The notes below the pieces were generated by a model, which ran no database searches, had not been told where the DNA came from, and was given only the letters and a program-made list of their open reading frames with translations. From Opitutales bacterium (GTDB taxonomy: Bacteria > Verrucomicrobiota > Verrucomicrobiia > Opitutales > JABSRG01): 64,000 bases of DNA. The stretch is from positions 25,694 through 89,693 of the forward strand of contig JBMYOQ010000011.1 in the NCBI GenBank assembly GCA_049599475.1, read 5' to 3'. Below, piece by piece: positions 20,230 through 30,770 of this stretch. The stretch's first letter is position 1; each line of letters starts with the position of its first letter. The position numbers were made by a program, and so were the translations under genes.

Positions 20230-21813
20230 CTATTTTTGCGAGAGTGTTCCCAATTTTTCGCGCACAAGCCTCCAGGATTTGATGCAATCGGTCTGCTTGA
20301 AAATCAGCAGAGAGCCAAAATAGAGGACGACAGCGATCGGGATTCCCGCGGCAATTGTCGTGAACGAGGCCCATTTCCCCGGGGGCAAAAAGGCTGTGAC
20401 TAGCTGGGCGATGCCTAAGCAGCTGAATCCCATAAGGAGGCTCGCTCCGAGTATCCGTGACCCTTCAAGAACGGGCTTAGACGCTTTCAAGGCCGATGTT
20501 ACGTCGGGTAGTCGCATGAGGAGCAGCAGGCAACCCAGCTGTACCCATGCTGCTATCACATTACCTAAAGTGAGCCCGAGAGTGCCGCCAAGCTGCATGC
20601 CAATGAAGCACAATACGGCATTTACGACCAAGGTGAGCGCGGATACACGCAGTGTTTCCTTCATCTTCTTTTGCGCATGGAGCGCCCGTGTGACAAAGGA
20701 GATCCAAGCATAGGCCGGGATGGACAGGGCGTATAGCCCGACCACGGGCGCCGTGAGAGCGACCGATCGTTCATCAAACGCACCAAATTTGAAGAGACTG
20801 TCGACGATCTCGACACGATACACAATCAGGCCGATGACACTCGGTATCGTGATTACTGCGATCCAGCGGAGTCCCTGAATGCAGATGCTTGCGAATTTCC
20901 CCGGTTCTTTACTGGAAACTGCTCGCGCCAAGTCGGGAAACAATACGGTGGAAATCGCGATTGCGAACACACCGAGCGGAAGCTCCATAAGCCGACTAGC
21001 TAGATAGAGGACCGATGCCGAGCTGTCGTCGATGGCGTTCGAAAGCGTCCGGGTGAGTAAAATATTTATCTGTAAAATAGAGCTACTCGCGAGCCCTGGA
21101 AGCAGCAGGGCCCACATGTTGTCGAGTTCGTCTGAGCGGCCCCAGTCCGTCTTTACACGCCAGCCGGAGCGATTTAAGCCCCAAAATACGGACCCAAACT
21201 GAATGACTCCTCCCACGAGCACCGCGATGCACAGAGTTGCCACGCGTTGATACATACTGAGGTCCAAGAGGAAGCTGCCAATGCCCGCAGCGATAATAAT
21301 GCTCAGATTGAGCCAGATTGAGCTGAGGGAGCTCAGGCCGAAATGCCCCTTGAGATTGAGGGCTGCTATGAAGATCGCAGCGAGGCATATGAAAATCATG
21401 TAGGGCATCAACCAACTCGCAAAATGGGCCCCAAGTACCCAGCGCTCCTCCCAGGGAGCCAGTTCGGCCAGCGCCCAGAAACCGATCGAGGAAACGATTG
21501 CCAGACCGACCAACCATGCAGCAAGCCGTGTTGTCACTTGGTTGAGGATCCGTGGAGTCGGTGCCTTTCGCGGGTTTTCCATATCCCCCAGAGAATCCGA
21601 AAGAATCGGCATGAGGGCCGAAGTCATAGCACCTTCGCCCAAAAGCCTTCGGAATAGATTGGGAAGCGTGAACGCCAATACGAAGGCAGAACTAAAGACG
21701 GAGGTGCCCAGCATGGCATAGATGAACACGTCCCTCAGCAACCCCAGGACGCGCGAAAGCATCGTAAGACCCGCAACGAGCCCTAAGTCCTTGAGTTTGT
21801 TCTTGTTGTCCAC
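20230..21813 (-). CDS. murJ: Lipid II flippase MurJ (MviN)
   Basis: SRVLGLLRD, AFTLPNLFRRLLGEGA and RLMELPLGVF motifs; multiple TMs; GTG start inferred at 21813. Confidence 0.93.
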   Translation of the reverse strand: MDNKNKLKDLGLVAGLTMLSRVLGLLRDVFIYAMLGTSVFSSAFVLAFTLPNLFRRLLGEGAMTSALMPILSDSLGDMENPRKAPTPRILNQVTTRLAAWLVGLAIVSSIGFWALAELAPWEERWVLGAHFASWLMPYMIFICLAAIFIAALNLKGHFGLSSLSSIWLNLSIIIAAGIGSFLLDLSMYQRVATLCIAVLVGGVIQFGSVFWGLNRSGWRVKTDWGRSDELDNMWALLLPGLASSSILQINILLTRTLSNAIDDSSASVLYLASRLMELPLGVFAIAISTVLFPDLARAVSSKEPGKFASICIQGLRWIAVITIPSVIGLIVYRVEIVDSLFKFGAFDERSVALTAPVVGLYALSIPAYAWISFVTRALHAQKKMKETLRVSALTLVVNAVLCFIGMQLGGTLGLTLGNVIAAWVQLGCLLLLMRLPDVTSALKASKPVLEGSRILGASLLMGFSCLGIAQLVTAFLPPGKWASFTTIAAGIPIAVVLYFGSLLIFKQTDCIKSWRLVREKLGTLSQK

Positions 21814-21918
21814 TTTATAAAAAGCCAGCGTTTGATTTGCCCCTTGCCGAAAATTGGCAATAGCGGGCATCCTGTTTCCCATTCGCGACATATAGCAACG
21901 ACAAACCCCAAGCTCACT

Positions 21919-22953
21919 ATGGCTCTTCTCGATAACTTGATGGATCGGCTCAGAAATCACCCCAAGCGGATTGTGTTTCCCGAAGGTGGAGATCCACGTA
22001 TTCTTCAAGCCGCCCGTCAATTTGCTAAAAATAAACTCGGCGTTCCGATCCTCCTCGGGGATCGCTCGGACATTAAGGCGAAGGCTGCCCAGTTGGATAT
22101 CAATCTGGAACACATCCGCATTATTGAGCCGGAGCGTAGTGACGAGATGGAACTGTTTGTTAAGAAATTCCAAGGACTGCGCCGCTTTGCAGGCTTGGCG
22201 GATAAACAAGCTGAAGATTTCCTAAAAAATAATAATTACTTCGCGACAATGATGCTCGCGACGGGTCAGGCCTCGGCCTTGGTGTCGGGTGCCACGATGG
22301 CGGCTTCCAGTGCTTTGCGCCCGCTGCTGCAGATTATCCCGCTTCAGGAGGGGGTCGATACGATGTCCTCGGTGCAGGTGCTCGATTTGGAAGACAGCAC
22401 GCTTGGAGTTGAAGGTGCGCTCTTTCTTGCGGACTGTGCGGTATTGCCTCAGCCAAACGAGAAGCAATTGGCCGACATAGGCCTGACCGCTGCAGGTATT
22501 TGTTATCATATTACGAATGAGCACCCTCGGGTAGCGATGCTGGCATTTACCTCGAAGTCGAAGACAAGTAAGCTGGCCCCGATTCAGCGAATGAAGGCTG
22601 CTACCGAGCTCTGTCGCGAAAAAGCGAAGCAGATGATGTTTGATCTCGACGTGGATGGTGAGCTCCAAGTGGACGCTGCTCTCAATCCCCATGTTGCGGA
22701 AACAAAAGGCATTGTGAGCTCCGTTGCGGGCCATGCCAACGTATTGGTATTTCCAAGTCTGAATGCTGCGAATATTTCGCTTAAAATGATTCAGGCGATC
22801 GCGCGTTGTCGCTCTTACGGACCTATTTTGACAGGTCTCACGAAACCTGCTGCGGAAATCTCCCGTGGTGCAAGCGCACATGATATCTTTGGCACCGCAG
22901 TCATGGTCGGCGCTCAGGCGATCGATCAAAAACTCCTTCACCCCATGGCCTAA
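21919..22953 (+). CDS. pta: Phosphate acetyltransferase (catalytic PTA_PTB domain)
   Basis: RIVFPEGGD, FLADCAV, DGELQVDAAL, ANVLVFPSLNAANI and GPILTGL. Confidence 0.88.
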   Translation: MALLDNLMDRLRNHPKRIVFPEGGDPRILQAARQFAKNKLGVPILLGDRSDIKAKAAQLDINLEHIRIIEPERSDEMELFVKKFQGLRRFAGLADKQAEDFLKNNNYFATMMLATGQASALVSGATMAASSALRPLLQIIPLQEGVDTMSSVQVLDLEDSTLGVEGALFLADCAVLPQPNEKQLADIGLTAAGICYHITNEHPRVAMLAFTSKSKTSKLAPIQRMKAATELCREKAKQMMFDLDVDGELQVDAALNPHVAETKGIVSSVAGHANVLVFPSLNAANISLKMIQAIARCRSYGPILTGLTKPAAEISRGASAHDIFGTAVMVGAQAIDQKLLHPMA

Positions 22954-22959
22954 ACGAAC

Positions 22960-24267
22960 ATGCCTTCTAAAAGCGAACGACGAAGACGGTCGAAACCTAT
23001 CGACCAACTGACCCGAGGTCCCTTCGAGAATGATAAATTCGAGGGATTGTTGAAGAATCCGCGCAACACGACTACTAAGCGCATATTCGTCGCCGCTACA
23101 CGCATGAACGACGGCAAGACGACCACCTGCTTGGGGCTATTTGCTGCACTGCAGGCGGCGAACCCGAAGGTAGGTTTTATCAAACCTGTCGGGCAACGTT
23201 TTGTCGAAATCGAAGGCTATAAAATCGATGAGGATTCGGTATTGTTCGATACCGTTTTCGATACCAAGACTCCGATTGAGGCGATGAGCCCAGTCGCTGT
23301 GGATGGCACCTTTACGCGTCGCTATTTGCACGACCCGGAAGGCAATTACGATCTGATGATCGATCGCATCTGCCGTGGTTTCGACAGAGCCTCCTATCAG
23401 AAGGATTATGTCATCATTGAAGGCACCGGACACGCCGGTGTCGGATCGGTGTTTGATTTCTCCAATGCTTCCGCAGCTAAGGTCCTCGGCGCCAAGGCCA
23501 TTATCGTCTCGCAGGGCGGAGTGGGGCGTCCGGTGGACGAAATTGCTCTAAACAAAGCATTGTTTGACCAGGCGGGCGTCGAAGTTATCGGAGCCATTCT
23601 AAACAAAGTACTGCCCGAGAAAGTGGATATGATCCGCGAGTATGCTGAAATTGGCCTGCGCCGTCTAGGTGTTCCGCTGCTCGGCGTCATGCCGATGCAA
23701 AAGAAGCTCGGGGCTCCCAATCTTTCTCAAATCGTCGATGAAATCAGTGGGCGTTGGCTCAATGGTCGGGCCTCGGGGATGAACGAGCGCGTCTTGCGCG
23801 TAGTCATCGGTGCCATGACGGCTAAGGGCATCGTGGATTATATTCAGCCGGGCGTCTTGATCATTACTCCTGGAGACCGCGAAGACATCATTCTTTCCGC
23901 CATTGCGACATCGGGAATTGCTGGAGGCAAATGCCTGTCCGGTATCATTCTTACGCGTAATATTCTGCCGCATCCAAAACTGATGGATATGATCCAGCAG
24001 ACGCAGATTCCGGTGGTCATCAGTAATGAGGATTCTTACGCGGTCGCATCTAAGATCAATCAAATGACCGTCAAAACGATGCCGACGGACACGGATAAAA
24101 TTCCAATTATCCAGAAACTGATCAGCGAAAATGTGGATCTGGATATGATTCGAAAGGCTTTCGACGAGTCCACTGAGTCATCTGAAGCTGTCCAGCAACC
24201 TTACCTACCTTACAACGAGGAAACGTCGAAGGCGCGGTCCAAATCAAAGCCTGAGGCGAAGGTATGA
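22960..24267 (+). CDS. BioD-like AAA_26 + DRTGG domain protein (stand-alone N-terminal part of long Pta)
   Basis: DGKTT, GFIKPVGQ, IIEGTGH, ILNKV and TPGDREDI motifs; directly downstream of pta. Confidence 0.85.
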   Translation: MPSKSERRRRSKPIDQLTRGPFENDKFEGLLKNPRNTTTKRIFVAATRMNDGKTTTCLGLFAALQAANPKVGFIKPVGQRFVEIEGYKIDEDSVLFDTVFDTKTPIEAMSPVAVDGTFTRRYLHDPEGNYDLMIDRICRGFDRASYQKDYVIIEGTGHAGVGSVFDFSNASAAKVLGAKAIIVSQGGVGRPVDEIALNKALFDQAGVEVIGAILNKVLPEKVDMIREYAEIGLRRLGVPLLGVMPMQKKLGAPNLSQIVDEISGRWLNGRASGMNERVLRVVIGAMTAKGIVDYIQPGVLIITPGDREDIILSAIATSGIAGGKCLSGIILTRNILPHPKLMDMIQQTQIPVVISNEDSYAVASKINQMTVKTMPTDTDKIPIIQKLISENVDLDMIRKAFDESTESSEAVQQPYLPYNEETSKARSKSKPEAKV

Positions 24268-24340
24268 TTCCTGCAGTTGTGCTGCTTTATCATACTGAGC
24301 TCTTGCGCCCGGGGCGAATAGAGCTATTCTAGAAGATTCC

Positions 24341-25240
24341 ATGTCTGATCAAATACCGGATCCCAAGACCTCTAAGCGCAAACCGAACTGGTTGAGAGCC
24401 AAGCTCCCGACAAGTCCTGCCTACCACGGCGTGCGCGAGATGGTGGAGTCGAACAAGCTGCATACGGTCTGCCAATCAGCGCAGTGCCCGAATATGGGAG
24501 AATGCTGGTCGCGCGGCACCGCGACGCTGATGATCTTGGGTAATATTTGCACCCGTGCCTGCTCGTTTTGCGCGATTCAGACGGGCCGTCCGACTGAGCT
24601 TGATTTGGGCGAACCGGCACGCGTCGCGCAGGCGGTAAAGAAAATGAATTTGAAGCACTGCGTGATTACATCCGTCGCGCGTGATGACTTGAAAGACGGT
24701 GGAGCTGCGGTTTGGGCCGCAACCATTCGTGCAATCAAGAATGTAAATCCTGGAACCGCCGTTGAGGTGCTCACCGCCGATTTCCGTGGGGTTTCCGAGC
24801 ACGTCGATATCGTCCTCGACGCAAAACCAGATATTTTCAATCACAACTTGGAGACGGTAGAGCGCCTCCAACGACCCATTCGCAAGACTGCTCGTTATGA
24901 TCGGTCGCTATGGATCCTCAAGTACGCCAGTGATAAAGGATTCACAACCAAGTCGGGGATCATGCTTGGTATTGGGGAGAAAGAAGACGAAATCCGCACA
25001 GTGATGCAGGATATTCGCAACGCGGGTGTCTCGATTTTGACGATTGGGCAGTATCTCCAGCCTACTGAAAAGCACTCTGCGATCGACCGTTGGGTGACTC
25101 CAGAAGAGTTCGATAAGTGGAAACAAGTAGGCCTCGAAATGGGCTTCGGCTTTGTTGAGTCTGGTCCTATGGTTCGTTCTTCGTACCACGCAGAAGAGCA
25201 GTCTGCGCATTACACGCAAGACGCTCTAGCGAAGGCCTAA
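24341..25240 (+). CDS. lipA: Lipoyl synthase
   Basis: CQSAQCPNMGEC, CTRACSFC and RSSYHA. Confidence 0.97.
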   Translation: MSDQIPDPKTSKRKPNWLRAKLPTSPAYHGVREMVESNKLHTVCQSAQCPNMGECWSRGTATLMILGNICTRACSFCAIQTGRPTELDLGEPARVAQAVKKMNLKHCVITSVARDDLKDGGAAVWAATIRAIKNVNPGTAVEVLTADFRGVSEHVDIVLDAKPDIFNHNLETVERLQRPIRKTARYDRSLWILKYASDKGFTTKSGIMLGIGEKEDEIRTVMQDIRNAGVSILTIGQYLQPTEKHSAIDRWVTPEEFDKWKQVGLEMGFGFVESGPMVRSSYHAEEQSAHYTQDALAKA

Positions 25241-25272
25241 GACCCAGGTTGCTACCTGCTTAGAAAAATAGG

Positions 25273-25346
25273 GGTAGCCGCCGATCACCGAGCGGTGGAA
25301 GACAGGAGTTCCGCCCAGCTGTTACGCAGCATTCAGCCGCTCGGCG
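25273..25346. repeat. Degenerate GTAG-type REP-like element
   Basis: GGTAGCCGCCGATCACCGAGCGG with a partial inverted copy CCGCTCGGCG downstream. Confidence 0.4.
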
Positions 25347-25399
25347 TCTTAATTCTGATTTCTCTGAAAAGACGGCGCTTATCCAGCGTATGATCCTGT

Positions 25400-26113
25400 A
25401 TGGATTACCAAAGCCGTTTGAAGATCACTGAAATGGCCGTGCACGAGCGGCCGCGCGAACGTTTATCAACTCATGGGGCGCGTGCGTTGAGCGACTCAGA
25501 ACTCCTGGCGCTTATCCTGCGAAGTGGAAGCCAGAATATCGATGTGATGGGACTGGCTCAGCAAATGATGGCCAGTGCGGGCTCCTTATCCGCGATCCAG
25601 CAGATGAGTGAAGATGAATTCTGTGCCTTCGAGGGTATTGGCCAGGTCAAGGCAGGGCAGTTTGTAGCAATTTTCGAAATGGCCCGTCGTTTTGCTGCGG
25701 AGCAATCTAATGAGCTCAAAGTAATCGACGCGCCCGAGGAGGCGTATCGCTATCTTAGAGGCATCACGGTGGGGCTTGATGTGGAAAAATTTTATGTGCT
25801 GTGCCTGAACCGCAAAAATCGTCTGATCAAACATGTCGAAATCAGCTCGGGGACGGCGACGTCGAGTCTGGTCCATCCTCGAGAAGTCTTTAGGGAAGTT
25901 ATACGTTGTGGAGCGGCAGGGGTCTTGTGCGCGCATAATCATCCTAGCGGAGACCCTATGCCCAGCCGTGCAGATATTCAGATTACCCGGCGCCTGAAGG
26001 AGGCTGCCAAGATTCTAGATATTCATCTGCTCGACCACATCATCGTGGGAGAACTCAGGCATGATCCGCAAGGAATAGGATTCTACAGCTTTTCTGATAA
26101 CGGCCTCATATAG
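25400..26113 (+). CDS. radC: RadC family JAB-domain protein
   Basis: ERPRERL, LSDSELLALILRSG, GIGQVKA, VHPREVF, HNHPSGD and LLDHIIVG. Confidence 0.93.
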   Translation: MDYQSRLKITEMAVHERPRERLSTHGARALSDSELLALILRSGSQNIDVMGLAQQMMASAGSLSAIQQMSEDEFCAFEGIGQVKAGQFVAIFEMARRFAAEQSNELKVIDAPEEAYRYLRGITVGLDVEKFYVLCLNRKNRLIKHVEISSGTATSSLVHPREVFREVIRCGAAGVLCAHNHPSGDPMPSRADIQITRRLKEAAKILDIHLLDHIIVGELRHDPQGIGFYSFSDNGLI

Positions 26114-26178
26114 TACTGCTTTCGAATTAGATATCTTCCGTCTTTTGCAAAAACGCCGTAGCGGACTAGGGTAGTTCT

Positions 26179-27603
26179 ATGAAACGCGCTATAGTTTGGT
26201 TTCGGCAAGATCTTCGTATTCAGGATAATACAGCATTGGCACATGCCGTAGAGCAGGGCTATGAGCTATTACCTCTGTATATCTGGGATCCGGAGTCTGA
26301 GGGGGCTTGGGTTCCTGGAGGCGCGGGACAATGGTGGCTGCACCATGCCTTAAAATCTCTGGATGAGTCCTTTAGGGTCATTGGGGGAGAGCTCTTAATA
26401 AAATCTGGTCTGAGTGGCGCGGTGCTTGAGGAGCTAGCAGAAAGTTTCCAGGCCGACGCAGTATTTTGGAATCGCCGCTACGAACCCGAAATCATACGGC
26501 GTGATAGTGCCATTAAGGCGGATTTGGCAGAGGTCGGCCTGACGGTAGAGTCTTTTAACACATCGCTGATCTGGGAGCCGCATACCGTAGCGACCGGCCA
26601 GGGGAGAGCTTACCAAGTCTATACGCCTTATTGGAAGCAAGTGAGTAAGCGGAAAATTCCCGATCCTATCCGCGTCGATGAGGGGAAGCTGAAATTTATC
26701 ACATTTGAAGAGGTTCAACAGGAGTCTCTCGATTCACTCGGTCTCTTGCCCGATATTCCATGGGATAGCGGGATGCGAGAAACTTGGGAGGTGTCGGAGG
26801 CTGCAGCAGTTGAGCTCTTAGATACGTTTTCAAAATCGGCCTTGGACGTGTATCATGATGATCGTGACATTCCTTCGACTGTGGGGACTTCGCGCCTGTC
26901 TCCCTATCTTCATTTTGGTCAAATTGGGCCGCGCCAGATTTGGAAGGTGATTAGTGAGCAGATGGCTGATCGAGGCTTAAGTAATGAGACCTACCTTAAG
27001 GAAATCGCTTGGAGAGAATATGCTCACCATGTGATGTATCATTTTCCTAGTACACCCGAGAAACCACTGCGCGAGAAGTTTGAGGCTTTTCCGTGGTCGG
27101 ATAATGAAGAGCACCTGGTAGCTTGGCAGAAAGGGCAAACGGGCTATCCCATTGTTGATGCAGGTATGCGAGAGCTCTGGCATACGGGTTGGATGCATAA
27201 TCGGGTGCGCATGGTGGTGGCTTCCTTCCTGGTGAAGCATTTGTTGATTTCTTGGTATGAAGGCGCGCGTTGGTTTTGGGACACGCTTGTAGATGCGGAC
27301 TTGGCGAGCAATACGCTGGGTTGGCAGTGGGCTGGGGGATGTGGCGCAGATGCCGCGCCGTATTTTCGTATTTTCAATCCGATGACACAGGGGACCAAAT
27401 TTGATCCAGAAGGGGAATATGTGCGGAGATGGTGTCCAGAATTATCCAAACTCCCCAAGAAGTTTATCCATGAGCCTTGGAAGGCCCCTGCCAATATTCT
27501 CGAGTACGCTGGGGTAAGTCTTGGTGAAAATTATCCGTTACCTATTGTGGATCACCCAGAGGCAAGGAAGCGTGCACTCGACGCTCTAGAAACAACGAAA
27601 TGA
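26179..27603 (+). CDS. phrB: Deoxyribodipyrimidine photolyase (CPD class I/III type)
   Basis: WFRQDLR, TSRLSPYLHFG, TGYPIVDAGMR, WMHNRVRM and DAAPYFRIFNP. Confidence 0.93.
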   Translation: MKRAIVWFRQDLRIQDNTALAHAVEQGYELLPLYIWDPESEGAWVPGGAGQWWLHHALKSLDESFRVIGGELLIKSGLSGAVLEELAESFQADAVFWNRRYEPEIIRRDSAIKADLAEVGLTVESFNTSLIWEPHTVATGQGRAYQVYTPYWKQVSKRKIPDPIRVDEGKLKFITFEEVQQESLDSLGLLPDIPWDSGMRETWEVSEAAAVELLDTFSKSALDVYHDDRDIPSTVGTSRLSPYLHFGQIGPRQIWKVISEQMADRGLSNETYLKEIAWREYAHHVMYHFPSTPEKPLREKFEAFPWSDNEEHLVAWQKGQTGYPIVDAGMRELWHTGWMHNRVRMVVASFLVKHLLISWYEGARWFWDTLVDADLASNTLGWQWAGGCGADAAPYFRIFNPMTQGTKFDPEGEYVRRWCPELSKLPKKFIHEPWKAPANILEYAGVSLGENYPLPIVDHPEARKRALDALETTK

Positions 27604-28973
27604 TAAACTTCGAAGCTCAATCTGAATTTCCTGTATCGGTTGAAACGCTCTTTGATTGGCATGAGCGCCCTGGGGCCTTTGCGCGCTTGGCGCCGCCATG
27701 GCAGACGGTGAGACTTGTGAAGCATGAAGGAGGGATTCGTGATGGAGCGCGAGTTGAAGTAGAAACGCGTGTTGCAGGGGTGCCTCAGTCGTGGAAGATT
27801 CGCCATGAAGGCTTCGATTATGGGAAGCGGTTTGTGGATGTGCTCGATTCGGGCCCTTTTCGAGCGTGGCGTCATGAGCATCTATTTTCTCATTTAGCGG
27901 AAACTCGTTCATCGCTCGAAGATCGGCTGAAGATAGAGCCGATGGGCGGAGGCTTCGGAAATTGGTTGCAAGCTGGTTTCTTGCGCGGCGAGCTTAAGCA
28001 GGTTTTCAAATACAGACATAGTGTTCTGAAGGCTGATCTTGAGCGTGCGAAAGCGATGGGAGATCCCGCGTATTCAGGCAAGGTTTTAGTCACCGGGGTC
28101 ACTGGATTGCTGGGTAAGGCGGTTGCCGGCTATTTGCAGACACGCGGCTATCAGGTCGTCGGAGTGTCGCGTTCTGGACGTTCTCCCTGGCCTGGTATCG
28201 AGACCATTGCTTGGGATCCCGACAATCAGTTGATTGACTCGGGGGCTCTTGATGATGTGGACGTCGTCATCAATCTGGCCGGAGAGTCTATTTTGGGCGC
28301 GTGGTCTCAATCCAAAATGAAGCGAGTTCGAAGTAGCCGTGAGAAATCAGCGAGCACTTTAATACATGCATTTGAAAGTAATGGTCATTGGCCGAAGCTC
28401 TGGATCAACGCTTCGGGTACCGGGTATTATGGGCCGAAGCCATCGGGTGCTGTGAGCGAGCAGAGCGAGAGTGGCACCGGTTTTCTTGCGCATGTATGTC
28501 GCTCTTGGGAAGGGATTCTTGACCCTATAAGAAAACGGACACGCGTAGTGAGTGCACGCTTAGGTGCGGTGATGAGCCCTGGGGGTGGTGCCCTGAGTAT
28601 TATGCTCCCTGTTTTTAAAATGGGAGGTGGTGGTGTATTGGGAAATCCTGACGCAAAGATGCCTTGGATCGCTTTGGATGACGTGGTGTATGCGATGGAG
28701 TCTCTTTTTTATAAGGATGTCGAGGGTCCGGTGAATTTTGTGTCACCCCATAAAATTACCCAGAGAGATCTAGCGAAGGTACTCAGCAAGGTTTTGAGGC
28801 GCCCGTCTTTAATTCCGGCCCCAGAGTCTTTGATCAAGATGACTCTGGGTTCGCTCGGAAAAGAAGTGTTCTTAATTGATCAAGATGTGGATCCAGAGAT
28901 TCTACAGACATCAGGCTTTGAATACTCTCATTCGAGCTTTGAAAGAATGCTAAAGCATAGCTTGGGAATTTAG
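27600..28973 (+). CDS. SRPBCC domain + TIGR01777 family NAD-dependent epimerase-like protein
   Basis: N-terminal WHERPGAF..GPF..WRHEH; TGVTGLLG, VINLAGE, GFLAHVCRSWE and PWIALDD. Confidence 0.88.
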   Translation: MINFEAQSEFPVSVETLFDWHERPGAFARLAPPWQTVRLVKHEGGIRDGARVEVETRVAGVPQSWKIRHEGFDYGKRFVDVLDSGPFRAWRHEHLFSHLAETRSSLEDRLKIEPMGGGFGNWLQAGFLRGELKQVFKYRHSVLKADLERAKAMGDPAYSGKVLVTGVTGLLGKAVAGYLQTRGYQVVGVSRSGRSPWPGIETIAWDPDNQLIDSGALDDVDVVINLAGESILGAWSQSKMKRVRSSREKSASTLIHAFESNGHWPKLWINASGTGYYGPKPSGAVSEQSESGTGFLAHVCRSWEGILDPIRKRTRVVSARLGAVMSPGGGALSIMLPVFKMGGGGVLGNPDAKMPWIALDDVVYAMESLFYKDVEGPVNFVSPHKITQRDLAKVLSKVLRRPSLIPAPESLIKMTLGSLGKEVFLIDQDVDPEILQTSGFEYSHSSFERMLKHSLGI

Positions 28974-29069
28974 AGGGTGCACCACAAGACCTTGAGTGGG
29001 GACGGGGCGCATTCGAATTATGAACGAAAATTCATCGAACTTTTTGAGCGACTTGCCGTTCTTTGAGGT

Positions 29070-30608
29070 ATGTCAAATTACCCCTCTTTTTGTAACCCTA
29101 GGTTTGTTTTATATCTCACTTTTATAAATATCGCAGTAGCTGATAATGTCTTATTGATAATCGCGGATGATCTCGGACGCGATTCGCTGGGTATCTACAA
29201 TGATGAAGCTTCCGCTTCTGTTCCGCCGACGCCCACGATAGATAGCCTCGCGGCAAGTGGCATACAGTTTAACCGTGCCTACGCGTATCCCACCTGTTCT
29301 CCGACGCGTTCGTCCATACTTACAGGAAGGCATCATTTTCGGACTGGGGTTCATAGCCCTTCAATCAATGAGTTACAGCCGAATGAGTTTACCCTTGCGG
29401 AAGCGATTTTGGAGTCGGGTCAGATTGGTAATCGCTTAGCGCATTTTGGAAAATGGCATTTAGGTGGGGGAAACGATGGGCCGAATGTAAACGGAGGTTG
29501 GCCACACTATGCAGGCTCCACCTCGGGAGGAGTTTCGGATTACTACAGCTGGACCAAGGTGGTAAACGGGGTGAGCACGCGAAACTATTCGGTATATGCG
29601 ACAACGGACGTTGTAAACGATGCGATCGCGTGGATCGATGAGCAAGGTGAGGCAGACTGGTTTGCATGGGTCGCGTTTAACGCCCCGCACACGCCCTTTC
29701 ATAAGCCGGATAATAGTCTCCATGATTATGACCATCTTGATGGTAGCGATTCGGATATTTCAAATAATTCACGTCCGTATTACGAAGCAATGATCCAGGC
29801 GATGGATACCGAAATCGGTAGACTGCTGGCTCACGTGGACCTCGCTGAAACTACCGTCATCTTTATGGGCGACAACGGGACTCCCGGGAGAGTTGCGCAA
29901 GCTCCGTTCGGTAGAGGCCACACCAAAGGCTCTCTCTACGAAGGAGGTGTGAATGTGCCGTTTATTGTAGCTGGTGCCGGTGTCGATAGTGGGTTAGCTG
30001 GCATCGTGAGTGAGGAGCTCGTGCACTCGGTCGACTTGTATCTTACTATTTTAGATCTACTGGGAATAGATCTCTCGGGATTGTTACCGAATGGATTGGT
30101 CTATGACTCATTGTCCTTTTTTCCCTACCTGAACGGAAGCGCCGATGCGCATGTGCGCGATTATACGTATTCAGGAAGTTATGACTCCGGAGAAGGCGAA
30201 AGGAACCTTATGCTCGTCAATGATGCGTATAAATGGATACAGTTTGCGGACGGAACAGAAGAGTTATACGCGCTCAGTGACGGGCTTTCCGAGACAAATA
30301 ATCGAATAAACGGACTGGACTCGGAAGAAATGGCAAGTCTGGCTAAATTCGAAATTGAGCGCGATGTATTGGTAAATTTACCTCAAATTGTTGGAACGTT
30401 CCTGAGTCAAGATGGAGCATTTACGATTGAAACGGGGTGGTTCGCGGATGCCAACTTATCCGTAGAACATTGCTCCGATCTCCTGACCGGAGATTGGTCA
30501 CTAGTAGACTCGGTGAGCGTGATTGATATCGGTGAGGCTACCGTCGAACTCGTTTTCGACATCGATTCAGAATCACAGCAGTTTTTCCGAGTCGGTCATA
30601 CTCCGTAG
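29070..30608 (+). CDS. S1 family sulfatase with C-terminal Verrucomicrobia-type extension
   Basis: IIADDLG, CSPTR formylglycine motif, GKWHLG, NAPHTP, GDNG and YEGGVNVP. Confidence 0.9.
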   Translation: MSNYPSFCNPRFVLYLTFINIAVADNVLLIIADDLGRDSLGIYNDEASASVPPTPTIDSLAASGIQFNRAYAYPTCSPTRSSILTGRHHFRTGVHSPSINELQPNEFTLAEAILESGQIGNRLAHFGKWHLGGGNDGPNVNGGWPHYAGSTSGGVSDYYSWTKVVNGVSTRNYSVYATTDVVNDAIAWIDEQGEADWFAWVAFNAPHTPFHKPDNSLHDYDHLDGSDSDISNNSRPYYEAMIQAMDTEIGRLLAHVDLAETTVIFMGDNGTPGRVAQAPFGRGHTKGSLYEGGVNVPFIVAGAGVDSGLAGIVSEELVHSVDLYLTILDLLGIDLSGLLPNGLVYDSLSFFPYLNGSADAHVRDYTYSGSYDSGEGERNLMLVNDAYKWIQFADGTEELYALSDGLSETNNRINGLDSEEMASLAKFEIERDVLVNLPQIVGTFLSQDGAFTIETGWFADANLSVEHCSDLLTGDWSLVDSVSVIDIGEATVELVFDIDSESQQFFRVGHTP

Positions 30609-30665
30609 TCGAATACCAATTTATTTCAAAATTATATTCTTTCTCAAAAGTAATTTTGTAAGCGA

Positions 30666-30741
30666 AGGGTAGGGTGAGCCGTCTCGGCGAGCCGATCGAG
30701 GGCCCAATAAAGGCTTAAATGGTAAGGTTTACCCTACCCTT
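30666..30741. repeat. Inverted pair of GTAG-type REP-like elements between convergent genes
   Basis: AAGGGTAGGGTGAGCCGTCTCGGCGAGCCG ... TTTACCCTACCCTT. Confidence 0.65.
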
Positions 30742-30770
30742 GAATGCGATCAAAACTAATGGAGAGCGCT

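Noticed and set aside
21814..22209. N-terminal extension of murJ in the ORF track (659 aa)
   Set aside because: Overlaps divergent pta; MurJ similarity begins near GTG 21813
22222..23007. 261-aa minus-strand ORF
   Set aside because: Antisense shadow of pta
25400..26113. radC as a marker of a mobile element
   Set aside because: Full-length chromosomal type among housekeeping genes; no integrase, transposase or att sites seen
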